Positions 26,342-36,776 of a stretch of 64,000 nucleotides of DNA are shown piece after piece. The notes below the pieces were generated by a model. It was not told where the DNA came from. It was given only the letters and a program-made list of their open reading frames with translations, and did no database searches. The translations under genes and the position numbers were made by a program. The first letter of the stretch is position 1; each line of letters starts with the position of its first letter. Source of the stretch: Bilabrum cf. latius (taxonomy: Eukaryota); assembly GCA_965178125.1 (NCBI GenBank), contig OZ237754.1, positions 124,001 through 188,000 of the forward strand. Reading direction: 5' to 3'.

Positions 26342-29300
26342 ATGTCACGCGCTGCACGGGTTCGGGTCGTTTGGATGGCTTGCGTTGCCGCAACGCTAGT
26401 TGCCGCCCGGGCTCCCACGCCTCGCGTGCGGCCTCTCGATGTGCTGGTGCCGCGCGGATCAGCTGTGGCAACACGGCTAGAGGCGGACGTGAGGATCCCT
26501 GACGGCGATGGCTCGGAGCTCAGCTTCCCGCTCCAGCTGTCCCCTCGCAGCGTCGGAGGCGCCAATGCGACGGTCCGCCGCGTGCTCGCCGTGTCCGTCC
26601 ACGGCATCTACCACCCTGCCGCGGCCGACCTGGAGATCGAGCTGCGGCACGCACCGTCCGGCCGAAGCGCGATGCTGGTGGGCGAGCTCTCTCCACTGGC
26701 CAGGGGCATCGCACCGCAGTTTGACGTGGCCGAGGCAGCCTCCCGGGCCGCCTCGCTGGGCAAGACCCTCGACCTGCCGCAGCTGCGGGGCCCAGGGAGC
26801 GCGGGGTCCACGACAGCGGAATCGGTCTCGTACACCCCCGGTCACATCTCGGAGCGGCTGAGCATCGGCCGCCCGCTCACCAGAGAGGCCGCGTCCTCCT
26901 CCTCGGCGTGGGGGGGCAGGCGCGGCGGGTCGCGCGCCGGCCCCTCCGACGCGGGCTTCGGAACCTCCTCCTCGGCAGACGCCGCCGCGCGTGCCGCCAT
27001 AGCATACGAAGAGGCCGCCAGGGGGCAGCCCGTGGACCTGGCCTTCCGCGACTCGGCCGCCAGGAACCTTCTCACCTAGCCCGAACCGGGATCGCCGGGA
27101 GACCACGGCGGCCGGCCCCAGCAGCAGACGGTGCTGGCGACGGGAGGACGAGGAGCCGCGGGCGCCTCCGTGGACGGTGACGCCAGCGCGTTTTTCAGCT
27201 CCGAGTCCGTGTCCCACACGGGCGTGCCCCCCGATTCCGGGTCCCCTTCTGCGTGGTGGGAAGCCCCGCTGGACCCAGCGCTGGCCGCCGACCCGGCGCT
27301 CGCGATCTCACTGGGGGGCCCCCTTGTGCACGAGCTCAGGATCTGGCCCCGGCGGCCCGAGCCGCGGGTGGGTGCTGTGCAGGTGATCCGCCTGCGAGCC
27401 GATGGGTCCCTGCTGGGGGGCTCCTTCCGGCTGCGGTGGAGCGCGCCGGGGCAGCCGGGGAACAACAGCGGGTCCATGACGGGGCCCATCGTGCCCGATG
27501 CGGTTGCAACCGTCGGGGAGGAGGACCCGGCCGCGCTGGCGGGCACGGGCCGGGCCCCCGGCGAGAGCCTGGAGGCCCGGTTGCTGGCACTCCCTGGGAT
27601 GCCCGCGATCGAGGTCACGAGGACCGTGCGCTCGGGGCCCGGGCTGGGGGGCGGGGGCGGGGCCGCGGTGGACTGGAGGGTCACGTTCCGCAGCCCGGGC
27701 CCCCAGCCCGAGGTGCGGGGAGGTGGTTCCGCAGGCGCGGCGTCGCTCCCGGACGGATCGGTCGAGCTGGCCGCGTCCGGCTTTGCCGGGGGCGATTTCG
27801 CGGCGGGCGACTCGTTCGGGCCCGGGTCGTGGTCCGGGACTGGGGCGCAGGGGCAGGCGGCGGTGGACCCCGAGGCTGGTGTGGGGAGGTTCGGCAGCGG
27901 CGCGGGTGGGGGATCCGCCGCCCTGGGCGCCTCTCGGACGGCCGTGAGCTCCCGCTGGACGGCTCCGCTGGTGGACGGTCCCGGCGCCAGGGTGGAGGTG
28001 TGGACCGAGAGGGAGGGGCGAGCGGACGTGACGCAGGGAACAGCGGACTCCGCAGGGGCAGAGGGTGCTCTCATCTCGGTGGGCGGATCTCTGGGCCCCT
28101 GCCGCGTGATGCTGCTGCCCTCTGCCCTGGGCGACGCGACGCTGGGCCAGGCGCGGTAGCAGGCCCTTTGGGAGGCGCAGCTGACGGGGGCAGAGGAAGG
28201 GGCCCAGGGAACAAGCATGGTGGGCCCGGAGGTCGTCCTCGAGGTGGGGGGCGACTCGGCTGCAGCGACCAGCGGCGCAAACCCCCCGACCAACGGCTCC
28301 TCCGCGCAGACCCAGTCGGCGAGCGCGGGGCAGCCAGGCGTGCGCGCACTCTGGGTGAGAGTACAGAGAGAGGACCGGCTGCCCCTGGCGCTGGCAGAGG
28401 TGGCTGCATTCGAGGCAGAGCCGCGGGCGTGGGGACCCTCGCTGGACCCGGAATCCCAGGGAACAAGGCCATAGGCACAGCCCTACCTTCCGCTCGCAGC
28501 TGCGGCCGCCCCAGCCCGGCCGCTCAGCCGGTGGGCCAGGGGAGACGCGGTGGTGGGCGGATTTAGGCAGGGAGGGGCCTCCTCGCCCTGGCTCGCGGGG
28601 ACGGCCCCTGTCTCTGTGCTGGCCCAGCAGCGGCTGGGTCCCGCCCTGTCCGGCGTGCCTGCGGCTGGCACCTGGGTGCTCGCCATCCGTGACAGGAGGA
28701 GGAGGAGGCTGGCCTCAGAGGGGGCTGCTGCCGCCGGTCGCGCCCCCACCTCTGCGGAGCGCGTGCTGGTGGAGCAGGGAGCTGGCTCACTCTCCGGATG
28801 GTCGCTGCATCTGGAGGTGTGGCCAGGGGTAAGCGAGGATCCGGATCCCGATGGGGAGGGAGTGCTGGTGCAGGCCATTGGTGGGGGGGGAGCTACGACG
28901 GGGAACAACGGGACCACTGGGGCTGCGTCGCTTGAGCTGTCTCCCAGCTCCGGCTCGCTGGCCGCTCCCCTGCTGTTCCCCGGGTCACCAGCCAACGTGA
29001 GCGCGTTTTCTGACGTCAGCTTCGAGGTGACCCGCCTGCCCGCCTTCGGCCGGCTCTTCGCAGGGACGCTGGCGGGGGCTTCGCTGCCCATGGCGGGCGC
29101 AGATGCGGCGGCTAGCGGGACGGGAAGCGGCGGGGGCAACGGCACGGCTGCGACTGCGCAGCGGCTGGGGGCAGCGGCGGCCGGGCAGTTGCTGCTAGCG
29201 GAACCATCCAGCGCGGTGCACCGCCAACCCTGCGGCCCCGCGCAGGGCGGGGCCGGGTGCCCACTGACGTTCGGACTGGGGCCGCGCGCCGCCCCCGTGG

Positions 29301-29767
29301 AGCCGCTCCCGCTGGTGCTGCCTCTCGCGCTCGGGGCCGCCTCGGCTGCCGGGGGGTACGAGCAGGGTACGGCGGAGGGGCAGCAGCCCGGCGAGGACCG
29401 GCTGGCGGGCCGGGGGCCGCTCCTGGGGCTGCAGCCGGGCCAGAGCGGGGGCGGGGGCGCGGCGGCCTTGCCGTCGCAGCGGCTGGGCGCGGGGACCTCG
29501 GCGCACGCTGCCGTGTACGAGCCGAGCGCGGGGTTCTTCGGCGAGGACGAGGCATGGGTTCGAGCTTGCGTCGGGGCGGGCGGGCAGTGCTCTCCAGAGG
29601 CGCGAATCTTATTTCGAGTCCGGAAATGCCGGTCTGCGAAATCAGCGCTGGGCGTGATGACGGGCTAGAGCAGCGGGAGCGGCAGCGCTTTGCAAGACGT
29701 TGCGCTGGATTCGGCTGCCGCTGATATTGCTTGCGCTTCAGATCGAGCTGTGCAAGACCGGTGGTAA
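26342..29767 (+). CDS. Secreted protein with a split proprotein-convertase P-domain-like fold enclosing an F-type lectin/discoidin-like domain; TAG at 27077, 28157, 28472, 29666; stop TAA
   Basis: Signal-like N-terminus; VSVHGIYHPAAADLEIELRHAPSG...GTWVLAIRD...GSLSGWSLHL; ASVDGD..SHTG..AWWE..IWPR..VRVQ..LALAEV; four track ORFs in one frame. Confidence 0.7.
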
Positions 29768-29889
29768 ATTGAAGGCGGCGTTGCAATCATACTGATGCGT
29801 CGCGACAATTTATATGGCAGGGATCCAGAGCATATAATCATTACAAAAACACTGTAATTGTAATCTCTAAAAAGCCAGCCTCGGTAATT

Positions 29890-29960
29890 GCTCTCATGAT
29901 GTAGTGGAAGCATGCCTGACTTCTAATCAGGTCGCCCGGGATCAAGCCCCGGTGGGAGTA
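29890..29960 (+). tRNA. tRNA-Arg(UCU)
   Basis: Cloverleaf: acceptor GCTCTCA/TGGGAGT, D stem ATGT/GCAT, anticodon arm CCTGA-CTTCTAA-TCAGG, T arm CCGGG-ATCAAGC-CCCGG; A20 Arg identity element; TTTT just downstream. Confidence 0.9.
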
Positions 29961-30031
29961 GCGATTTTGGCAACTTTTTATTATCGCTTAGGACGAGGCT
30001 CCGGTCTTCCAAGGAGAAGCTGAACCAGTAG

Positions 30032-30139
30032 TTTTGAGCTAGTGCTGGCCATTTTGCCAGAGAGGCCACCATGCGCTGGTGAGGCGATTCAAACATCATC
30101 CGTACGCAACGATCTCCATCCCTGGCCGGTCCTGCTTCT
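30032..30139. repeat. 108-bp direct repeat, copy 1 (copy 2 at 32341-32448)
   Basis: 104/108 identical by manual alignment; weaker similarity extends to 29988-30010 vs 32279-32301. Confidence 0.92.
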
Positions 30140-30295
30140 TCTTGCCAGTGGCGGCTCTGGTGCCACGGAGGAGCAGGTAGCCGATATCGGACCTAATGGA
30201 CTTCAGCAGGGACAGGATGCTAACGATGCACCCACGCATGGGCAACTCGCTCAAGCCGACCCGGACAGACCGGCGCCGAAAGTTGAAGAACTTTC

Positions 30296-30343
30296 GATAG
30301 GTTTTGTTGTGTGTGATTATCTCAATACGTTATTTACGGACGG
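30296..30343. repeat. Dispersed 48-bp AT-rich motif, copy 2
   Basis: gataggttttgttgtgtgtgattatctcaatacgttatttacggacgg. Confidence 0.9.
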
Positions 30344-30703
30344 ACCTATATTATTGCTTGCGAGAGCCAGTCCAACACCCGTCCAACTTGGCTAACGCTT
30401 CTATCGTAAATACTCTGTATATGTGAGGTAGTGCATCTAGGATGGTATCGTCCAAGAGACGGGTGCGAGAAAGAGCACCTGCCCTGGAAAGAGCCAGATT
30501 GATACAGGACGCATACCCAACCCCTTCTTTGCCGAATTGGCTATCAACGGGTGCGCAGTGATATATGGCTACATCTCTTGTTTTCCGTTTCCGTGATTGA
30601 CCTCTTCCTTCCCCACCCAGAGCAGAGACGTAACTTTGATTGCGTTGGTGTCGCCACCCGTCAGCACCAAAGGTATCCTCTGCTCCCGTAAGCGCATCTG
30701 AGG

Positions 30704-31840
30704 ATGCGTAGCCTAGCGGCGGTTGTTCTTGGATGTGTACTTCTGCATGGCGCTCAGGCAAGAGGTTCGCTCCGGTAGAACCGCAACAGAGCAGCGTCGT
30801 CAGAGAAGCCAATCACGTACTTCACCCGCGGTACCGGCATAAGGGTGCACGAAGATTTGCACGCGTTCAAGTGCGACGCCGGAAAGCTTCTTGAGAGGGA
30901 AGAAGCAAGAACGGATCATCTCCCCGCTGGAGAAATTCTGCCGCAGCGTCGCTGGCTCTACGCGAATGGCATCACGCTGCGCATGCAGCAGGACTGCAAC
31001 CTCGTCATATAGAGGGACGACCAGCCGATCTTCTCCTCCTACACGAGTGAAATAGCCAGTAAGTGCGCGCTTGTTATCACTGGAGACGAGTGCAGTACCC
31101 GGGGCGACCTGGCAATTGTTGACACTGAGACTGGTCAGTACATCTGGCGAGTGGCTTCATCGGTGTTGGGCCCTGGTGCAGACATGCTCAAGCTGCAGAA
31201 GGACGGAAACCTGGTGCTTTTCCTGCAGGGCGGACATATTGTCTGGACTTCGGACACCGCAGGCGCCACGGAGGAGAACAAGGACGACAAAGGCTTCGGC
31301 AAGCGCGCCACCCTGCTCAGCCTTGCGCTGTACCAGGATGACTCGATACATTCTTGCAATGTCCAGGGCATGAAGAAGCGCTATTGGGCAAATATGAAGA
31401 ATTTTCTCGGGCAGGGTTGGATTCTGCACCAAGGCGAGAAGCTGACGGATGACTATGGCTACCAGGGGAGCTTCGATCTCGTGGTGCAACACGACTGCAA
31501 TTTGGTCTTTTACGACTATTGGGGAAAGGTACGGTTCAGCAGCAACACACCCGGCAAGGCCAAGAAGTGCGCGCTCATCATCACCGGAGACGATTGCACC
31601 CACGCCGGCGACCTGGCGCTGATCGATCTCGACACGGGCAAGTACGTATGGGCCGCGCTCACCTCCTTCGCCAGAACTGCCAAGCTCCGCCTCCAGGTCA
31701 CCAAATAGCTGGCATTTATGTCCGAGATGCCGAACGGTGATCATGCAATCTTGTGGACCACTATGGACCGCTATCAGGAGACTGGCCGCAAGTACGTGGG
31801 GCCGCTCGATGGCGACCTCGTTGCCCAGTACATCTTCTGA
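30704..31840 (+). CDS. Secreted protein with two bulb-type (GNA, mannose-binding) lectin domains, 378 aa; TAG at 30776, 31010, 31706
   Basis: Signal peptide MRSLAAVVLGCVLLHGAQA; MQQDCNLVI, LQKDGNLVLF, VQHDCNLVFY (QxDxNxVxY-like); internal repeat CAL.ITGD.C...GDLA.D..TG.Y.W; stop TGA. Confidence 0.88.
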
Positions 31841-31849
31841 GATGGCAAT

Positions 31850-32293
31850 GATCTCAGGGGGATAGTGCGTGCTAGGCCGAGGCTTTGATCTCAGGGGGAT
31901 AGTGCGTGCTAGGCCGAGGCTTTGATCTCAGGGGGATAGTGCGTGCTAGGCCGAGGCTTTGATCTCAGGGGGATAGTGCGTGCTAGGCCGAGGCTTTGAT
32001 CTCAGGGGGATAGTGCGTGCTAGGCCGAGGCTTTGATCTCAGGGGGATAGTGCGTGCTAGGCCGAGGCTTTGATCTCAGGGGGATAGTGCGTGCTAGGCC
32101 GAGGCTTTGATCTCAGGGGGATAGTGCGTGCTAGGCCGAGGCTTTGATCTCAGGGGGATAGTGCGTGCTAGGCCGAGGCTTTGATCTCAGGGGGATAGTG
32201 CGTGCTAGGCCGAGGCTTTGATCTCAGGGGGATAGTGCGTGCTAGGCCGAGGCTTTGATCTCAGGGGGATAGTGCGTGCTAGGCCGAGGCTTT
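31850..32293. repeat. Perfect minisatellite, 12 x 37 bp
   Basis: Unit gatctcagggggatagtgcgtgctaggccgaggcttt; identical copies, no spacers. Confidence 0.98.
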
Positions 32294-32340
32294 GGTCTTC
32301 CGAGATAGTATCAATGCTCTGGGCGAAGCTCGACACGTGA

Positions 32341-32448
32341 TTTTGAGCTAGTGCAGGCCATCTTGCCAGAGAGGCCACCATGCGCTGGCGAGGCGATTCA
32401 AACATCATCCGTACGCAACGATCTCCATCCCTGGCCGGTCCTGGTTCT
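32341..32448. repeat. 108-bp direct repeat, copy 2
   Basis: Matches 30032-30139. Confidence 0.92.
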
Positions 32449-33172
32449 GCTTGGCATTACCGACATACACCTGCACCTGCGGGGCATGCAGGACTCGGCC
32501 GGTGCACCACGCCAGGGCAATGCTGGCGGGTTCTTCCGGTGCCGGTGCTACCTGAACCCCGAGCGGGTGCCAGGGCGAGCCGATGGGGTGCTGCTTCGCG
32601 TGGGCCGGCCACCCCCCCGCTTCCACAGCCTCGCTTGCTCCTCCGCGCACCAAGCCTTCCCCTAGACTGAGCGCGTCATGACCCTGCGCCCCCTTCTCCG
32701 ACTCCGAGTCCCCTCGCATCCCCGACCAGTGGCCCGCCTCCGTCCCTAGGAGCAAGAGCCCCACGAAGCCCGACGGGGTGTCCACAGAGCCCGTCATCCT
32801 CAGCTGCAGCAGGTCGGACTCGTGGCCGAGCACCCACTTGTTCCCTGGGTCTTCCTGCTCGAGAGTGCCCTCGTAGGGGAGCGCCAGCTGATGCCAGCCG
32901 CCGTCAGATGCTTCCGCCTCGAATGCCACGGCGGGACGGACGGGCACCTGCACGCCGCCTGGCATGGGGCTGCTGCCGCCCCCAGAGATCCATTCGTAGA
33001 GCTTCTTGCCGTCCGAAACAAGCAGCGACAGCGAGTCCCCAGACAACGGGTCGGTACGCACGCTGGCGCTCTGTTGCGCAGCCTGGCTCTCAACTCGCGA
33101 TGTGCCGTACGCAAGAGACACGGGACACGTATGGAACTGCGCCCGCTTTCCGCGGGCTGAACCAATTGACAT
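32405..33172 (-). CDS. Hypothetical protein (~255 aa)
   Basis: Open frame from ATG 33172 to TGA, divergent from the GH65 gene; no motif recognised. Confidence 0.4.
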   Translation of the reverse strand: MSIGSARGKRAQFHTCPVSLAYGTSRVESQAAQQSASVRTDPLSGDSLSLLVSDGKKLYEWISGGGSSPMPGGVQVPVRPAVAFEAEASDGGWHQLALPYEGTLEQEDPGNKWVLGHESDLLQLRMTGSVDTPSGFVGLLLLGTEAGHWSGMRGDSESEKGAQGHDALSLGEGLVRGGASEAVEAGGWPAHAKQHPIGSPWHPLGVQVAPAPEEPASIALAWCTGRVLHAPQVQVYVGNAKQNQDRPGMEIVAYG

Positions 33173-33496
33173 AGTGCTGTAGTTTGATGTTGCCGGGCCG
33201 ATTTTTCGTGCTGAGCTTCTCAAATCAACTGGGCCCGGTCTTTTCCGGGCGATGCAGATGCGTCCCAGCATCCCCGTGCTCCGGACGCCCAGCTGCTTGG
33301 CAGTTCCGGACAATCGCTCTCCCAAACGTCGAAGCATTGCAATGAGTATCTGACGCTACTTGAAATGAAGTCTTTGCGCGTACGAATCGATCCTTCCGAA
33401 TGATCACCAATGATTGCCGTTCCGAATCCAACAGGATCCTTCTTGGTCGCGCCCACACGCGAAACTACAAGCAACAATTCTCGTCAATTCTAAACT

Positions 33497-36247
33497 ATGA
33501 ATGTGTGTTTTATCGCTGGCTGCGTTGGTGTTGTGCTTTCGTAGCCTGTTCCCAGCTGGATCCCCCGGCAATGGCAACCTGGTTTCTTGTCGAGCGATCT
33601 TTTTCCGACGAATTCGTCGTCGATACAGCAGGACCTGATGCCAGCGATCGGAAACGGTTTTGTTGCAACTTTAGTGGACGCTGGGGTTGGGTATGGGGCT
33701 GGCATGTACACATACAAGGCTGCTGGGCACGCTACCAAGCCGAGTGCAGCGCAGCACTGGCACATCGGCGGTCAGCAATCAGCAGCAGCGGTCCCCAAGG
33801 CACGGCCATGGAGCGAACGAAAAGGCTCAAAATTGGCTGGTCGTGACGTAGAACACCACGATTCCACGACGACGCTCGGCATCCCGTTGCCGCTAATTGC
33901 GATCACAGCAGATGGGCCCCGCGGCTCCTGCGACCCAGGCGCGAATTGCAGACCGAGGAGTAGCTTAGGGTGGCAAGCAAATCAGTCAATGCTATCGGCT
34001 TTGGACGTGAAGAACGGGGCCTTCTACCGCCTGTATGAGCTGGGCGCCGGAGCAGCAGGCGATGCAGCGGGCAGGGGCCCCTCTGGCAGCCCGGCGAAGA
34101 ACCATCACTGGCAGGCTGCTGTTCCGATCCAGCTCTCTGCACGACGGTACGTCCATGCCATGCGGCCTTCCATCCTAGTGCTGGAGGTGAATGCCACCAA
34201 TGCGGGTTCCGGTGCTGCCCGGCTGTGGCTCAACACTACCTGGGGCAGCTGCGCGGAGGGGGCCACCTGCAATGTATCCGTTGAGCAGTTCCAGCGAGGC
34301 CAGACCGACCCGGATCAGGACCCGTGGCCAACGGCAGTGGGCGTGACCCGCGCGCTGCAGGCAGAATGGACCGGCCTGCAGCCCTGCACGGCGGTGGTGG
34401 TGGCAGACTCGCCCCCTGCCGGTACGTCCGTGCAGCTGTCGCCGGGGGAGACCCGGAGGATGGTGTTCCTCACCGCGGTTGCAACCTCGGCATACAACCT
34501 GACGGGACAGGGGGCGGCAGGAAGTAGCTCTGGTCCCGCGGCTCGGCTGGAGGCGTCGGCCCGCAGTGCGATGCAGGCAGCGAGGCAGGCGGGCCCATCG
34601 GCGCTGTGGCAGGAGCACGCGGCGGGATGGGCCGCGCACTGGGAAGACGGCAGCATCTCGATCGAGGGCGACCCATCCCTGGCCTCTGCGGTCAATGCTA
34701 GCCTGTACGCGATCTACCTGAGCCTGCGGGGGGGTGTCCGCGAGGGGATTTCCCCCGGCTCCCTTGCGACCCCCTCGTACAACGGCAACCGATTCTGGGA
34801 CATGGACACGTGGATGTTCCCGCCCCTGGCGCTGCTTCGGAGGGATGACCTCGCGGCGGGGCTGCTGCAGTACAGGCAGAACACACTCCCTGGGGCCGAG
34901 TACAAGGCGGCGTACAGAGGGTACGAGGGGGCCATGTGGCCGTGGCAGTCGGCGGGCACCGGGTTCGAGTGCCAGCCGTACCAGGAGGGCTACTACGAGA
35001 ACCACGTCTCGGGTGACGTGGCGGTGGCGCACGAGCAAATGATGGGGCTGCTGGATCGCGGCGCGGGGGCAGGCACCGCTGGGAGCTCTTCCCTTGTTCC
35101 CTGGCTGAGGGGGGCGTGGCCGCTGATCAACGCGACCGCGAGCTACTGGATGTCCAGGGTGTCACCCATGGCCCTGCCGCCGCTGTTCCCTGTGGATGGG
35201 GCCGAGGGTGTGGGCGGTGATGCTGGGTCGGACATCCGAATAGACTCGGCTGCCACCGGGGAACAGCTGTGGCCCGATGCTAATGCAACCGTCGCATCAT
35301 CTAGGAGCGCTCTGCCTCCGCGCGGCTCGGTTGCAGTGCTGGACGTGCACGAGGTCATGCCTCCGGATGAGATCCACTGGCCCGTGAACTCGTCAGCCTA
35401 CACGAACGCCGTCGCTGCCAGGTCACTGGTGCTGGGTGCAGCAGCCGCGAAGGTCCTACAGATGCAGGACAACGCGCCTGTGGCCCTGTGGCTGGACGCC
35501 GCCCGTCGGCTGGGCGTACTGTACAACGCCTCGAGCCAGATCCACCCCGAGTTCCTGGGTTGGACCGACAGGGACAAGGCCAAGCAGGCAGACGTGGTGA
35601 TGCTTGGGTTTCCGTTGCAGTGGCTGGGGCTCGGGCGGCGCCCCGGCTCGCAGTCCGCGGACCTCCGGTACTACGTGAATCACACCATCGACGATGGGCC
35701 TGCCATGACCTACGCCATGTTTGCGGTGGGCTGGCTGGACCTGGGGCGGCGAGACCTGGCTCTGGATCTGTTTCGGCGTGGGTACGCCAACGTGCACCTT
35801 CCGTTCAACGTGTGGCGGGAGACCCCCACCGGGGGGGCACAGCAGTTCGTCACCGGTGCGGGGGGCTTTCTGCAGTCCGTGCTCATGGGCTACGGCGGCC
35901 TGCGGATCAGGGCGCCGGACCCGGAGTCGGGGAGCTTGCCGCAACCGGGAGTCGACTGGTTCGCGCAAGCCCCTCCCCCGGCGCCAGCCTCTCGCATCAC
36001 CATGCGCGGGGTGGATGTGGGCGGGTGCAGCCTGCGCCTGACAGTGGAGGGGGCAACTGGCGGCGGAGGGGGCGTCAGCGCGGAAGAAGAGAGCCCATGC
36101 GCGGGGGGCAGGGTTGTCAAGCTGGCTCCGTGGGTGTCTCCCAGGGGAAGCGGACAGGTGCTGCCGGCTCGGGGCCCGCTCGGTAGGTACCGGCTGGACC
36201 TAGTGGAGGCAACCGGGCCAGTGGCCAACGCCGGGGGGCATGGCTGA
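33497..36247 (+). CDS. Secreted glycoside hydrolase family 65 protein (acid trehalase-like/PGGHG-like); TAG at 33542
   Basis: YNGNRFWDMDTWMFP, GAMWPWQSA, ENHVSGDVA, MPPDE, KQADVVMLGFPL, FVTGAGGFLQ; signal peptide MNVCFIAGCVGVVLS joined through TAG. Confidence 0.92.
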
Positions 36248-36420
36248 CGCGACAGCATGATTCGCTTGGACACCACAAAGGTGGGATAGCAAGAAGTCGA
36301 ATTTCTATGGCGGTGGATAAGATTTTCTTTCAAATTGCTCATGCTTTCCAGCGCCAGGCTACCATGGGTGTTACCGTAGTGCTACTCAGTCTGCTTTTGG
36401 ACCGGTCCGCCAGAACTGTG

Positions 36421-36460
36421 CCGTGCGATTTTGCCGAAAACCGTGCGATTTTGCCGAAAA
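36421..36460. repeat. Exact 20-bp tandem duplication in an intergenic region
   Basis: ccgtgcgattttgccgaaaa x2. Confidence 0.9.
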
Positions 36461-36776
36461 CTTCAAAGATATTTCCTAAACGCAGAGCGTCACAAAACTA
36501 CCGCTGACAAAAGAAAGTAAGGCACTCTGGAAGAATCCGGACCAGCTTTTGAACTTTAAATTGAAATAAGTAAGTATTTTGGTGCGGCACCAGGTCCACA
36601 GGGGCGCAAAATGCTAAGTGCACCGATGGCTTAGCTGCACTTTGAGAATCTTACAGAACTGTGTGGCCATTCTATCAGCATATTATGGCTATCTATTCCC
36701 ATTTCCTCTTAATCATAATTGTCTATCTAATACTACTTGTCCTAGTGCAACGCAGGCCGCATTCAGACGGCTCAAA

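Noticed and set aside
29890-29960. Amber-decoding tRNA (CTA occurs in the anticodon loop)
   Set aside because: In the 7-nt loop CTTCTAA, positions 34-36 are TCT and CTA is one base out of register; A20 indicates Arg. The predicted tRNA-Gln(CUA) was not seen in this window
31850-32293. CRISPR array (37-bp repeat)
   Set aside because: Units are contiguous and identical with no spacers, there are no cas genes, and the context is eukaryotic
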